From Squatina squatina (lineage: Eukaryota): 36,186 nucleotides of DNA. The translations under genes and the position numbers were made by a program. The stretch is taken from assembly GCA_031763465.1 (NCBI GenBank), contig JARFOE010000004.1, positions 14,237,724-14,273,909 on the forward strand, written 5' to 3'. The notes beneath the pieces are model-generated. The model searched no databases and had not been told where the DNA came from. It saw nothing but the letters and a program-made list of their open reading frames with translations. Below, piece by piece: positions 20,538-31,229 of this stretch; position 1 is the stretch's first letter, and every line of letters starts with the position of its first letter.

Positions 20538-21534
20538 GGTGTTGTCATTTTGCCTGTTTTACACTATCACACAAAGCCATGATCTGTCCCCAACTATTAT
20601 TATCAAACTAACTTTCTCTATACAACTCTGAATTAATGCAGTTATATTTTCCTGTGTCATAAACTTATTTGAAGTGTAAATGAAGAATGGAGTTCCAGTT
20701 TTGTAATATCCCCAGATCCTGAGGTTCTCCTCTGAAATGAATACTACCCCCATCTGTTCCTGTCAGTTTGAATGAGTCATACAGTTTTTCCCCACTGTCC
20801 CTTGGTGCAGATTTGGTTTATATATGACTGCAGCAAGATTGACACTATACAGTGTTTTAATTCTTGTCCTTTAATATTTAATGCAGGCGACATTGTTTAT
20901 AATATGGATTTTTATGATCAGTGCCGAGTGATCTGAATATAAAACTACAGTTTGCAAAATATGCTGGTTGTTTAAGAGATTTAATCTCTTTTATGTACAT
21001 GTGAAATAATACAATTGTGTGGACTAAGAAGTTCACTAAATAGTAGAACATCTTTTGTATATTTTTGTTTTTTTTTAAGTTACTTTTAGCGGCTAAATTA
21101 TACTATGCCTAATTTTGCCTACTTACAGTTACTTGTATACTAACAATGTTTTCCTATTTTGAAACTAAGGCGGCATTTCTTTTTCCTTCCTCTTATAATA
21201 CACTTTTTTTTCTTTTTGCTTGCCAATTGTCTTCATTGATTTTTCTCAGCTCTGGTGCTCTCCTGAAGACATTCCCCAATGCTAACTCCAAGGCGCAATG
21301 GAAGCAGAGGGTTCCGACATTGCGTGGGGAAACCCGGAAGTAAGTTCAGTGCATCTGTCTATGGGGTTTTAATGCAGCCTCCTCGTTACCATTTTATTTC
21401 CGGATTTTCTGTCGATTGGGCTGCAGCTTGCATGGTGCGGACCCACATGATTCGATCTTAACTTCAGTATTTAAAGGGCCAATCTAACGTTGGAATTTGG
21501 AGGAGGTGGAAGCAAGAGAGGAAGAACACTGACA

Positions 21535-21775
21535 ATGGATTCAGGACGGTCAAAGGCAGCGCCCTGCAATAACGATGCCTTCCTTGATGTACTGCTGGGG
21601 CAGTGAGCAGCCGCAGAAAGATATACTTCCCCAGCAACGGGAGGAAGAAGCCTACTGCTGCCACAAAGATGTTGTGGCTGGAAATTGTCCAGGGGGTCAG
21701 CAGCAGGAGAATAGTGTCATGCTGCTTGATTCAGTACAGGAAGTGCTTTAATTACTTAAGCAGGTCAGGAAAGGC
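21535..21775 (+). pseudogene. Myb/SANT-like DNA-binding ORF of a Harbinger/PIF transposon, frameshifted
   Basis: MDSGRSKAAPCNNDAFLDVLLG/(frameshift at G-run ~21600)VSSRRKIYFPSNGRKKPTAATKMLWLEIVQGVSSRRIVSCCLIQYRKCFNYL follows the trihelix pattern F...L..LL..V...LF......W.EIA..VS......QC.K.F.DL. TATTTAAA lies upstream at ~21468. Confidence 0.7.
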
Positions 21776-23959
21776 GAGTACAGCTGCACATTCACCTACA
21801 TTCTGCTGTTCATGTCACCCCTTTCTCACGCTGCCTTGTCAAGCCTACTTCATCATAGGAACATAGGAACAGGAGTNNNNNNNNNNNNNNNNNNNNNNNN
21901 NNNNNNNNNNNNNNNNNNNNNNNNNNNNNNNNNNNNNNNNNNNNNNNNNNNNNNNNNNNNNNNNNNNNNNNNNNNNTAAAGCATCCTGTAGTGAAAGATG
22001 TCTTTCCAACTCCCACCTCGATTACCAGTAGATTCATTTGGCATCAGTGCAGAATATGGCTGCTCCTCCATACAATGGAACTTCCATTATCAAAACACAT
22101 TGTCAGACCATGAGGTTTATTAGCAGATTAATCTTGTTATGCAGGACACAGTATGCAGGTTGTTCATTTTTAATAGAATCATGCATCTTAAGGTATATTT
22201 ACTCAGGTGACAACTCATTTCCTTATGTACTTCATATGAATGATTAGATCACTATTTTGCTCACATGAAGATGTTCCTATTAAAAATAATTCTGTTATGT
22301 ATTCAGAATAAATAACAATATTTAAATATGTGCATTTAAAATACTGGAATTTAACCTTTTCATGGCAGATTTTGAATTCAACCAAAGACTGTTTGTCCCT
22401 GAAAGCATACAAATCAATACCTTTCAAGGTTCAATATTATCACTAAGATCATAAAAGCAATTTCCTGTAACATGCAATGACCTTCAAAAAGTAATGGAGA
22501 AAATAATTAATGTTGGTTAATTGTTTCACTGTAAAATTAAATGCAAATGAACCATTTAAATGTTAAGTGTTATCATTATCAATAATGATGAGTTTTTTGG
22601 TTTCATCTTGTACATTTTAATTAAAGTGTTAAACATAATTTTAGTTTAGCGGTACCCTATTTCTGAAGTTCAGTACTAAATTTGCTGAAAACTTTTTACC
22701 AATTTAAATTCAATGAAATAGATTACATATTAAAGGTCAGTGTTTTCCTATTTCTGCACCAGTGTGAATTCAGCATTTTTGACTCTTTTTTGTCAATTTA
22801 AATGTCTGCTTCTTTATTTCTTGTAAACCACAGTATCTTAAAAACACCTTTTAGTGCTGTTCTAGCCTGCAGCATAAAAATAACTAAATACAAGTGGAGA
22901 TCTCACATGATATCCCATCAAAATAATAAAAAAAAGTAACATTTGTTTATTTATGCCATTAAATAAAACAATCACAATGTTATTGCAGCATCAAACTGTT
23001 GTGTTTTGTGAGAGTATACACTTGTGGTATTGACTATCAATGAGAAACAAATGGAAGCTGGCCCGTGGTGGTAGTGGGTGCGATCGGTAGCGGGTCGGGT
23101 GGGAAAGTTGTTTTTTTTTGACAACGGGTCAGGAACCCGCTGTCAACTCGCTCCCACATGCCTTTCCCACACGCGCATCTGTCATCGCGGAGCCGATCTG
23201 GCGGGGGGTCCAATTAAAATCATTCTGAGGTACTTTACAGGCACTTAAGAGCCTTTCCCCCCACCCTACTTTTTAAATTTCCCTGCATGGCCACGGGATT
23301 CACACAGCTCGGGAACCACATCTGTCAACCTGAGGCATGAGTTCCATGGACATTGCTCCAGTTGATTACTTGACAGCATGGAAAACAAACCGAAATAAAA
23401 ACATGTTGATTACATCAGCTGACAGATTGATGGAGATTCTGTTCAACTTGAAAAGCTACTGGTAAATGTTAATTCAGAAATTCCTGAAGGGTAAGTAAGT
23501 GCTACCCCGGATGGCGAGGGGCCAGTCTCGGCTGTTGCCTTCCAACTCAACAGTAATTGCAGTGAATGGTTTATAAACATTTACTGTATTCCACACTTTC
23601 AAATTCAGCTTTTAAAAAAAGTTAATCCCAGTAAAACTGCTGTTTTATACTTCTAATTTAAATGCTAATGAAAATATATTACTGAGAGAGAAGAGGTAGC
23701 ATCAAAAGTACTATCTAGAAACTGCATCCTTCAGAAAAATTGAAATGAACCCTTTTTGTAACATAGTTTTGGGAGCCAGTATATAACAGAACAGGTGTTT
23801 GTCAATAGTAAGGGAATGATAAACAATGTAATATAGCCTCNNNNNNNNNNNNNNNNNNNNNNNNNNNNNNNNNNNNNNNNNNNNNNNNNNNNNNNNNNNN
23901 NNNNNNNNNNNNNNNNNNNNNNNNNNNNNNNNNNNNNNNNAATGAACCATTGCAGGCTA

Positions 23960-24232
23960 TTCAGCCACGGGGTTCATCACAACCAAGCCAGACTCTGTTC
24001 TTGCCCAAAAGCCAGACAGGAGAAAGTTCCAACAGGGGGTCACCGGCTCGTATTCAGGAGCTGGCACCCTGACTGTAGTTCTCTTCACTAGCTCAAGGTC
24101 TATTTTAGTATCTTTACTGTTGTCCCATCGGTGAGCAGGTAACTCAGCACAGATTGAGGATCAATCCTGCAAGCTTCCTGGTTTTACTGGCTCAGTGGCA
24201 TACCAGGCGATGAATTTACCAACTGGGCAATG
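23960..24232 (-). mobile_element. Old tRNA-derived SINE, reverse orientation
   Basis: Minus strand starts ttgcccagttggtaa (A-box-like) and has caggattgatcc (B-box-like) ~55 nt later. Confidence 0.45.
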
Positions 24233-24364
24233 ATGAGAGCTAGGATGAATATCTTACTCACAGTGCCAGCACTGCAGTAGTGCCGTACAAGAACACCCGT
24301 CAATTCCTTGTTCTAATTATATAAATTACACTTAAGATTGCAAGTCATGTTAACGAATGATGAG

Positions 24365-24797
24365 GTGTCAGCTGTGGATCAGCAGTAGCACTCTAGCCTT
24401 TGAATCCGAAGCTTTTGGTTTCACATCCCACGCCAACGGCTTGAGCACATAATCCAGACTAACACTTTAGTGCAGCACTGAGGGAGAGCTGCACTGTTGG
24501 AGGTGTTGTCTTTTAAATGAGGCGTTAAACCGAGTCTGCACTCTCAGGGGGATGTTAAAGATTTCATGGCACTATTTGAAGAAGAGCAGAGGAGTTCTTC
24601 TGGTGCCCTGGAAAAACACTTATCCTTCAACCAACATCAGTATCAAATTATCTGGTTCTGTTTGTGCGTGTAAATTGGCTGCTGCGTTTCCCACATTACA
24701 ACAGTGACTACATTTCAAAAGTACTTCATTGGCTGTAAAATGCCATGGGACGTTCTATGGTTGTAAAGGCGCTATATAAATGCAAGTCTTTCCTTCT
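24365..24797 (+). mobile_element. Near full-length Deu-type (SacSINE1-like) SINE
   Basis: tRNA-like head, core gctgcactgttggaggtg..gtcttt..aatgag.cgttaaaccgag, catggcactatttgaagaagagcagaggagttc, tail aggcgctatataaatgcaagtctttcc. Several partial copies occur in the window. Confidence 0.85.
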
Positions 24798-25426
24798 TCT
24801 TATTTGGATCCAAATTTGAACAGTAAAATATGTTGATACCAGCAGAAACTACAAAGTCACTTCTTGTTCTCATACCAATTTGTAAATGCATTATGCATTT
24901 ATTCATCTGATTCAATTTACTATAATTAACTTAGAAATTCTGAAACAGGTATATTGACCATTTTATGTCCTCAGTAGCTTATTTTTCAATAATGTTGAAT
25001 TTTAACAGTACTAAAACCTCCTACGAACAACATAGGTCAAGGGCAGTGTTTAAATGGATTAAATGCAGCAGCAAAATGGCTGAATCATGGATAATTTCAG
25101 AAAGCAGGAAAGCTAAAAGCTTATGACATGGTAGAACGATTATTTAATTACTTTCTTCAATGGCATTTGACTTCCTTTAAATTCTGACATGATTTGTTTC
25201 TTTGCTTACAGATATAGCAAGCATGTAATGCCAATAAGTCTAAACGATGGAGTGCTCCAGTATTATTTCTGCTGAGGTTTATATATAATTAGTTTGTGCG
25301 TCGTGCATAGAATCATGACGAGAGTGATATTTTAGTGGTAATATATTACTGATTAAAATTGGTTGACTTTTGGTATTTTTGTCACCAACTTATTATCTTG
25401 CAGAAAATGCAGTACTGTAATTAAAG

Positions 25427-25530
25427 GGGTAGAGTTTGACTGTGCGGCTGTGTAAAATGGGTGATAGTGAATCGGAAGCCTATGTTACATCTCTCCGGAT
25501 TTTTATTGCCTTTATTTAAATGGGAACCAA
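25427..25530. mobile_element. MITE-like remnant related to 20194-20295
   Basis: ggggtagagtttgactgtgcggctgtgtaaaatgggtgatagtgaatcggaagcct. Confidence 0.5.
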
Positions 25531-26859
25531 GGTCACATATATGGAGCTAATATAAATTTACACTTTTTTCACAAGGNNNNNNNNNNNNNNNNNNNNNNNN
25601 NNNNNNNNNNNNNNNNNNNNNNNNNNNNNNNNNNNNNNNNNNNNNNNNNNNNNNNNNNNNNNNNNNNNNNNNNNNNCCAAGAAATTTTCTAAGATGCCAA
25701 TGCCCTGACTTAAAGGGACAGCTCTATTAGGGCGCTAAAATTACACCTATTGGTCCCATACCAGCTATAAAAATGCCCATTGGGCGCCCAAAATATTTTG
25801 TTACCTTTTAAGTTCAAAGGAGGTTTTGACATATTCCTATTTGTGCGGGTTCTAGTATCTGGCATCTTTTGGTAGGATTTGTTTTGTTTCTTTCAGCAGC
25901 TTAAAGCTCAATATAGACTTCACTCCAAACAAATATTCTGCAGTTTCAAAAATTAATTCTGTGCTTCACTTTGCCATAGGTGGTAATCTATCCCAAGCTC
26001 CCCTTATTAAACTCTCTCATTTTCTTCCGGCTTATCAGACAGATAGATGATTTACCTCCAAATTTTATGGCACTCTTATTAGGAACTATCAATCTTGGTC
26101 ACTATCATTGCATTCAAATTGGAGCCAGACACCATCAGATCAATATATCCTGCCAACATTGGCAAAAAATTTGCATTTATATGTCACACAGTTATGGCAT
26201 CTATGATAAGATGTTGCAGATTTTAAATAAATTTTGCAATGGTCTCCATGGTGTAGATTTTAACTCCTCTGCCCAGTGGAAACTAGGTGGTGGGGAGATA
26301 AAATGGAGCGGGGTACTTACCCACTATGTCCCTATCCCAATCCTGCTAATTGCAATTTTAAATTGTAGGCAGCAAGCACATCCACCTGATTCCAGTGGAG
26401 GTCCCTCTCTAAATATGCACATTGGGCTTTAATGACATCTTCAAGGAACAACGGCTATTTTTACTTGAGGCCTGAGTAGGGAAGTAGTGGTGGTTTCCAG
26501 GCTAGTCCAGTTATCTGAACTCGCACNNNNNNNNNNNNNNNNNNNNNNNNNNNNNNNNNNNNNNNNNNNNNNNNNNNNNNNNNNNNNNNNNNNNNNNNNN
26601 NNNNNNNNNNNNNNNNNNNNNNNNNNAAAAGGCAACAATTCAGATGCCCTGAAGAATCTCTGCTTACTGTTGCAACTGAAATTTCAGACCAGAACTGGAG
26701 CTAGGACTGTGCTTATGGTTAACGAGAAGACCAGAATACCACTCAAATTATTTTATAACTAGCTCATTCCAAGGTGCCATTGGTGACTATTGTCGCGTAA
26801 GTTAATTTGTAGCCATTACCAGCATAAGATAATTCACTGTTTGCCAGGGCTGCCCAATT

Positions 26860-27400
26860 GGTTAGAGGCATACTAATGAATGTAATATCCATTTCCACAG
26901 AGTTGCTGGATTTCCCAGGGACCTTGGGGTAATTCACTGCACAGATGTGACTATACGTGCCTTGACTGAAAATCCTGAACATTTAATTAACAATAAGGAT
27001 TTCACTCCTTGAATGTTCAACCAATATGTAATTACAGGCATAGATTCTTTCATGTGAATGCAAAGTCTGCTGGCAGTCACCATCCTCTGGAAGCTGAGCA
27101 CCCTGCTGTGTTGCAAAATGCAAGGCAAGTGTTAGTATAGCTCCATGGAGACAAAGGTGACACTTTCCTCCCATGGCACCACTGCGCAGGACCATCAATG
27201 CAGCAGAAGAGAGATGCAATGATTCTCACATTAGAACAAGAATTAGATTAAAGCAATCAATAGGCATGCTTAAAGGAAGATTCAGGTACCTGGATAGGTC
27301 ACAAAGTGCCCTTCAGTATGCTCCTATCATGGTCTCAAGAATTCTGCAAGCCTGTTTTGTCCTCTGCAACTTTGCTAACCAGAACTGTTTAGAAGTTGGC
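26860..27400 (+). pseudogene. Degraded Harbinger/PIF DDE transposase (HARBI1-like family)
   Basis: Frameshifted motifs in the expected order: GFP...GVIHCTDVTIRA (for GAIDCTHV.I), FHSLNVQ, LHGDKG, MAPLRRTINAAEERCNDSHIRTR..LKQSIGMLKGRFRYLDRSQSALQYAP..VSRILQACFVLCNFA. Confidence 0.85.
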
Positions 27401-27724
27401 ATGTTAGAGTAGTCAAAGTTAATAATATATCCCGTTGGTTACCACAAACTGGCTGCGGACACAGACCCTCCAATATCCACTGCTTGGGATGAGTTACTCT
27501 CCAGTATTTCTATTGCCTCTTCCTCCTGATCCACTAATGGCTGGATTTCTGGAGGCTCTTCACCTGTACTAGGCCATTCTGAAGCATTACTGTTAGCTTT
27601 TTCTGCAAGAAGAAAGCCCAAATATGAAATTTAAGCAGCTATTCTTAAGTGATTGCTAGCATTTAAAGTGCAGAAAGCAATTAAAACACCTATATGGAGC
27701 TTAGACAAAGGAGGTGAGCTTCAG

Positions 27725-27886
27725 AAGAAAGAAAATACAGGCTTGCATTTCTATAGTGCCTTTCATGACCACCGGACATCTCAAAGCACTTTACAGCCAA
27801 TGAAATACTTTTGGAGTGAAGTCACTGTTGTAATGTGGGAAATGTGGCAGACAGGAAGCTCCCACAAACAGCAATGTGATAATGTG
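27725..27886 (-). mobile_element. Deu-type SINE 3' part, reverse orientation
   Basis: cttgcatttctatagtgcctttcatgacc...aaagcactttacagccaatgaaatacttttggagtgaagtcactgttgtaatgtgggaa is the reverse complement of the SINE tail. Confidence 0.8.
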
Positions 27887-28514
27887 ATAAGAAGGCAATC
27901 ATGCACGGCAAGATGTGAGAGCAGTTTTAGTGGCGGGATCTATGCGCNNNNNNNNNNNNNNNNNNNNNNNNNNNNNNNNNNNNNNNNNNNNNNNNNNNNN
28001 NNNNNNNNNNNNNNNNNNNNNNNNNNNNNNNNNNNNNNNNNNNNNNNGAACCACCAGACGGCCGACGGTTCTCTACTTATACATAAAGGTCGATCACACA
28101 GAAAGACACCAGGTTGGGGAGCAGTGAGTGCGACTTACAGAGGGGAGGGAAGGAGGGTGGCCGCAGGGGCAGGGTCACCCCTTGCACAGTTAGTGGGTGC
28201 GCTGGGGTGCAATCGCTGATGGTATAAACAAAAGTCCTTGTCCTTGTAATGGTCTTCTGGTGGGGGGAGAAGACGTCTTCACCCGGGACAGTGGGACCTG
28301 CCCAGGCACAGGTCCTCCTCCAGGATGATGTAGGTTGATGCTAGATATTTCTTCCCTTCCTCTCCGCTCTCTCCCTGTTGAGTTCTCTCTCCTCCACAGT
28401 CATTTCTGGTTGTTGGTCAGTCAGTGTTTTTTTCTCCTCTCTACTGGAGCTAACAAACAGTAGCAGCTCCTCCTCTCCTTTGCAGCTCAGTCTGGCAGGG
28501 TCTGGTTGCTCAAG

Positions 28515-28610
28515 GCCACTCACAGTGAAGAGGATTGCTGCTCTTCTCTCCACAACCTGTACCAGTGGCTTCAGTTGTGCCTCACTGAAAAGATCCGTCC
28601 TTGCACTGGG
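28515..28610 (-). pseudogene. Possible second Harbinger-type Myb/SANT-like remnant
   Basis: Minus frame ARTDLFSEAQLKPLVQVVERRAAILF fits the N-terminal FS..EL..LV..V..R..ILF pattern. The rest of the domain is not recognisable. Confidence 0.45.
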
Positions 28611-28789
28611 TTAACCTCTCTGATCCACTTATAAACCTGAGCAAAATGATTCCCAACAGCTGACAAATATTCCATGCTCCTCCTTAAGTGATATAAGCTG
28701 TGTCAATATGACGGAAGTGCCCCCCTTTAAGTACTAACATGGGCTGATAGATTAGTGGAAGCACTTGCTCTTTTGGCATAACCCATAAT

Positions 28790-29576
28790 AAAACAATGAT
28801 TTACAAATTAAACTAAAAACCAATACTGAACAAAAAACCCGGTGTTTAAATTAAAACCCTGTTATCCCCTGTGAGGATGCACTCCATTTCCCCCAGTGAC
28901 CCCCCTGTCGCGAAGCCTCAAGAGTACCGACGGACACCGCTTGCTTCATCTCCAGGAATACCCGGGCGCGAATATAACTGCGGAAGAGAGGCAGGTAGTC
29001 GGGGCAAACAACCCCGTCAGTCGCCCGCTGCCTGGACCTACTGATGGCCAGCTTGGCCAGACCCAGGAGCAGACTCATGAGGAGAGCCTCCAACTGCCCC
29101 GCTCCCCCCTGCACCTGGTGCCCAAAGATCAGGAGCTTGGGACTGAAGTGCAACCAAAATTTGAGGAGCAGCCCCTTCAAGTACTGGAACAGGGGCTGCA
29201 ACCTCACACACTCAACATAAATATGGAACACGGACTCCTCTAGGCCGCAGAAATGGCAGGCGGCCTGGGAGCCCATGAACCTACTTAAAAACTGATTGCA
29301 CGGGACTGCTCCATGCAACACCCTCCAGGCCAAGTCCTCGACGGAGCATGGGAGGACTCCCGCGTAGAGAGACCTCCACTGGGGACCCTCGCCTCCTCCG
29401 GACGGCAAGATGATACGCAACGGCGTGTCCGGACGGTAGGCGAGGTTGGCAAAGTCGTAGGTGTGCAGGAGCAGCCCGTACAGGAATCCCCTCCGCGCGG
29501 AGCTAAAGGGCACGGAGGGGCATTCCCGGAGGAGGCTCAAGTTGTGAGGCACCGGCTCCCGAGGGAGGTTTCGGGG
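28790..29576 (-). mobile_element. Tx1-type (L1 superfamily) LINE, ORF2 C-terminus with CCHC zinc finger and 3' end
   Basis: ORF 29552-28851: WRSLY...DLAWRVLHGAVPCN...CHFCGLEESVFHIYVECVRLQPLFQYLKGLLLKFWLHFSP.LLIFG...LLLGLAKLAISRSR. Confidence 0.88.
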
Positions 29577-29676
29577 NNNNNNNNNNNNNNNNNNNNNNNN
29601 NNNNNNNNNNNNNNNNNNNNNNNNNNNNNNNNNNNNNNNNNNNNNNNNNNNNNNNNNNNNNNNNNNNNNNNNNNNN

Positions 29677-29947
29677 TTTATTGCAAGGGGGTGGAGTATA
29701 AGAGTAGGGAAGTCTTACTACAACTGTTGGTGAGACCACAGTTAGAGTACTGCATATAGTTTTGATCTTCTTATTTAAGGAGGGCTGTACTTGCATTGGA
29801 AGCAGTTGGAAGAGTCAAAGTTTATGGGGAACAGGTAGGAAAGTGGAGTTGAGGCCAAGATCAGATCAGCCATGATCTTATTGATTGGCGGAGCAGGCTC
29901 GAGGGGCCGAATGGCCTACTCCTGCTCATATTTCTTATGTTCTTATG
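29677..29947 (+). mobile_element. CR1 LINE 3' fragment with internal deletion
   Basis: GVEYKSREVLLQL.VRPQLEYCI, then a jump at ~29810 directly to the 3' UTR and the tail ttcttatgttcttatg. Confidence 0.85.
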
Positions 29948-29949
29948 TA

Positions 29950-30037
29950 TCAGCCTAGATTGCATGCTCAAGTTTCTGGAGTGAGACTTGAACCCATGAC
30001 CTTAATGCTCAGAGATGGAGTGGTACCACTGAGCCCA
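29950..30037 (-). mobile_element. Deu-type SINE head, reverse orientation
   Basis: Reverse complement reads ggctcagtggtaccactc...ctctgag...ggtcatgggttcaagtctcactccagaaacttgagcatgcaatctaggctg (A and B boxes). Confidence 0.7.
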
Positions 30038-30694
30038 GACTGATAAGATATTTATTACAACACAAGACAATAAATAAGACTTCTGTAACACTCTTCAGTA
30101 ATTGGTTTTGAATCAGTTTATTATCGCAGTTATTTTTAACCTGTGTTTAACCTAATAATAAATATACTTTTCTACAAACATATTTTCTTTGACACAGCTA
30201 CTGGTTAATCATGGTAAGATATATTTCTAATCCATGACATTTTTCAGTTTCATTGTCCTTTGCTATTTATTGTAGTAAATCAAATCAAATCATATTGTAA
30301 AATTTTGCTTTGGTTCGGTCATTTCTATTATCATATCCCGTTCATAGGGAACAACATTTAATAGAGGAAGGCTTGATAATTCTTCTGCAATTTATTTCAT
30401 CTTCCAGACATTGCTGTTGTTATCTTGTCACAATCCAGTCTTCAAAGCAATCTGCAGCAGGGTTGTCACTCGAATCAGGTACCTGACTGCTTTGTTGTGA
30501 TAAAATAAGCCTTCTCAGTGCAATAACACACAACACTCTTGTTAAAAAAAAGATAATCTGCAGAGAGATCATCTTGTAATCATTTTTCATCTGGACTAAC
30601 TGTTGTTGCATTCAAAAAGTAAATGATGGATGGGGCTATGATGCAGTCCTGACCAAATGTAGTGAATCCATGATTGAACATACTGCCCTTGACC

Positions 30695-30862
30695 TTGATT
30701 GCCTCTATTGAATCAGTAAACACTGACAGCTGATTGTTTATCATGGAAGATGGCATCGAGAAAATGCTGACCAAAATTCTCACCAGTCTTGACTGATTTA
30801 ATTCACCCAGATCAAACTGGCTTCATAAGAGGACACCTCTTAGCAGACAAAATGTAGAAGTT
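30695..30862 (+). mobile_element. Highly decayed L1/Tx1-type RT fragment
   Basis: LTDLIHPDQTGFIRGHLLADK from 30789 (the IHPDQ.GF..GR motif), preceded by an NTD...KMLTKIL remnant. Confidence 0.65.
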
Positions 30863-31089
30863 ACAACATGGAAACAGGCCATTCGGCCCAACCAGCCCGT
30901 GTCGACTTTACCCTCCACATGAGCAAATTTACCACCATTACCATTACCAGCCTGTATGATTCACTGCACCAGCACAAGCACTCCTGCATGGATGCTGTCC
31001 CTAGATACAGAAAAGGCTTTCAACCCCAGGTAAAATGGAGCTCCTTCTCCTTATGCTCAAGCAAAATGTCTTTGGGGCACACTCAGAAG

Positions 31090-31229
31090 ATGAGAAGGGA
31101 CAGAAGGATAAATTAGATAACTATGGACCAGTTAGTTATAGTTCAGTTGTAGATAAGCTCTTAGAATCCATATTTCAAGCTAAAATAAGTAAGTATTTGA
31201 AAATGTATGGGTTGATCAAGGACAGCCAG
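31090..31229 (+). mobile_element. CR1 RT N-terminal fragment
   Basis: KGQKDKLDNYGPVSYSSVVDKLLESI...YLKMYGLIKDSQ (NYRPVSLTSVVGK...SQHGF pattern). Confidence 0.75.

Noticed and set aside
24365-24440. tRNA gene
   Set aside because: It is a SINE head with degenerate A/B boxes continuing into SINE body; no cloverleaf.
25980-26432. 150-aa ORF
   Set aside because: Non-ATG start, no domain or convincing splice signals, and it partly overlaps repeat-like sequence.
27173-27412. Domesticated HARBI1 gene
   Set aside because: Upstream transposase motifs are frameshifted and conserved catalytic-region residues are altered, so this is a decayed transposon.
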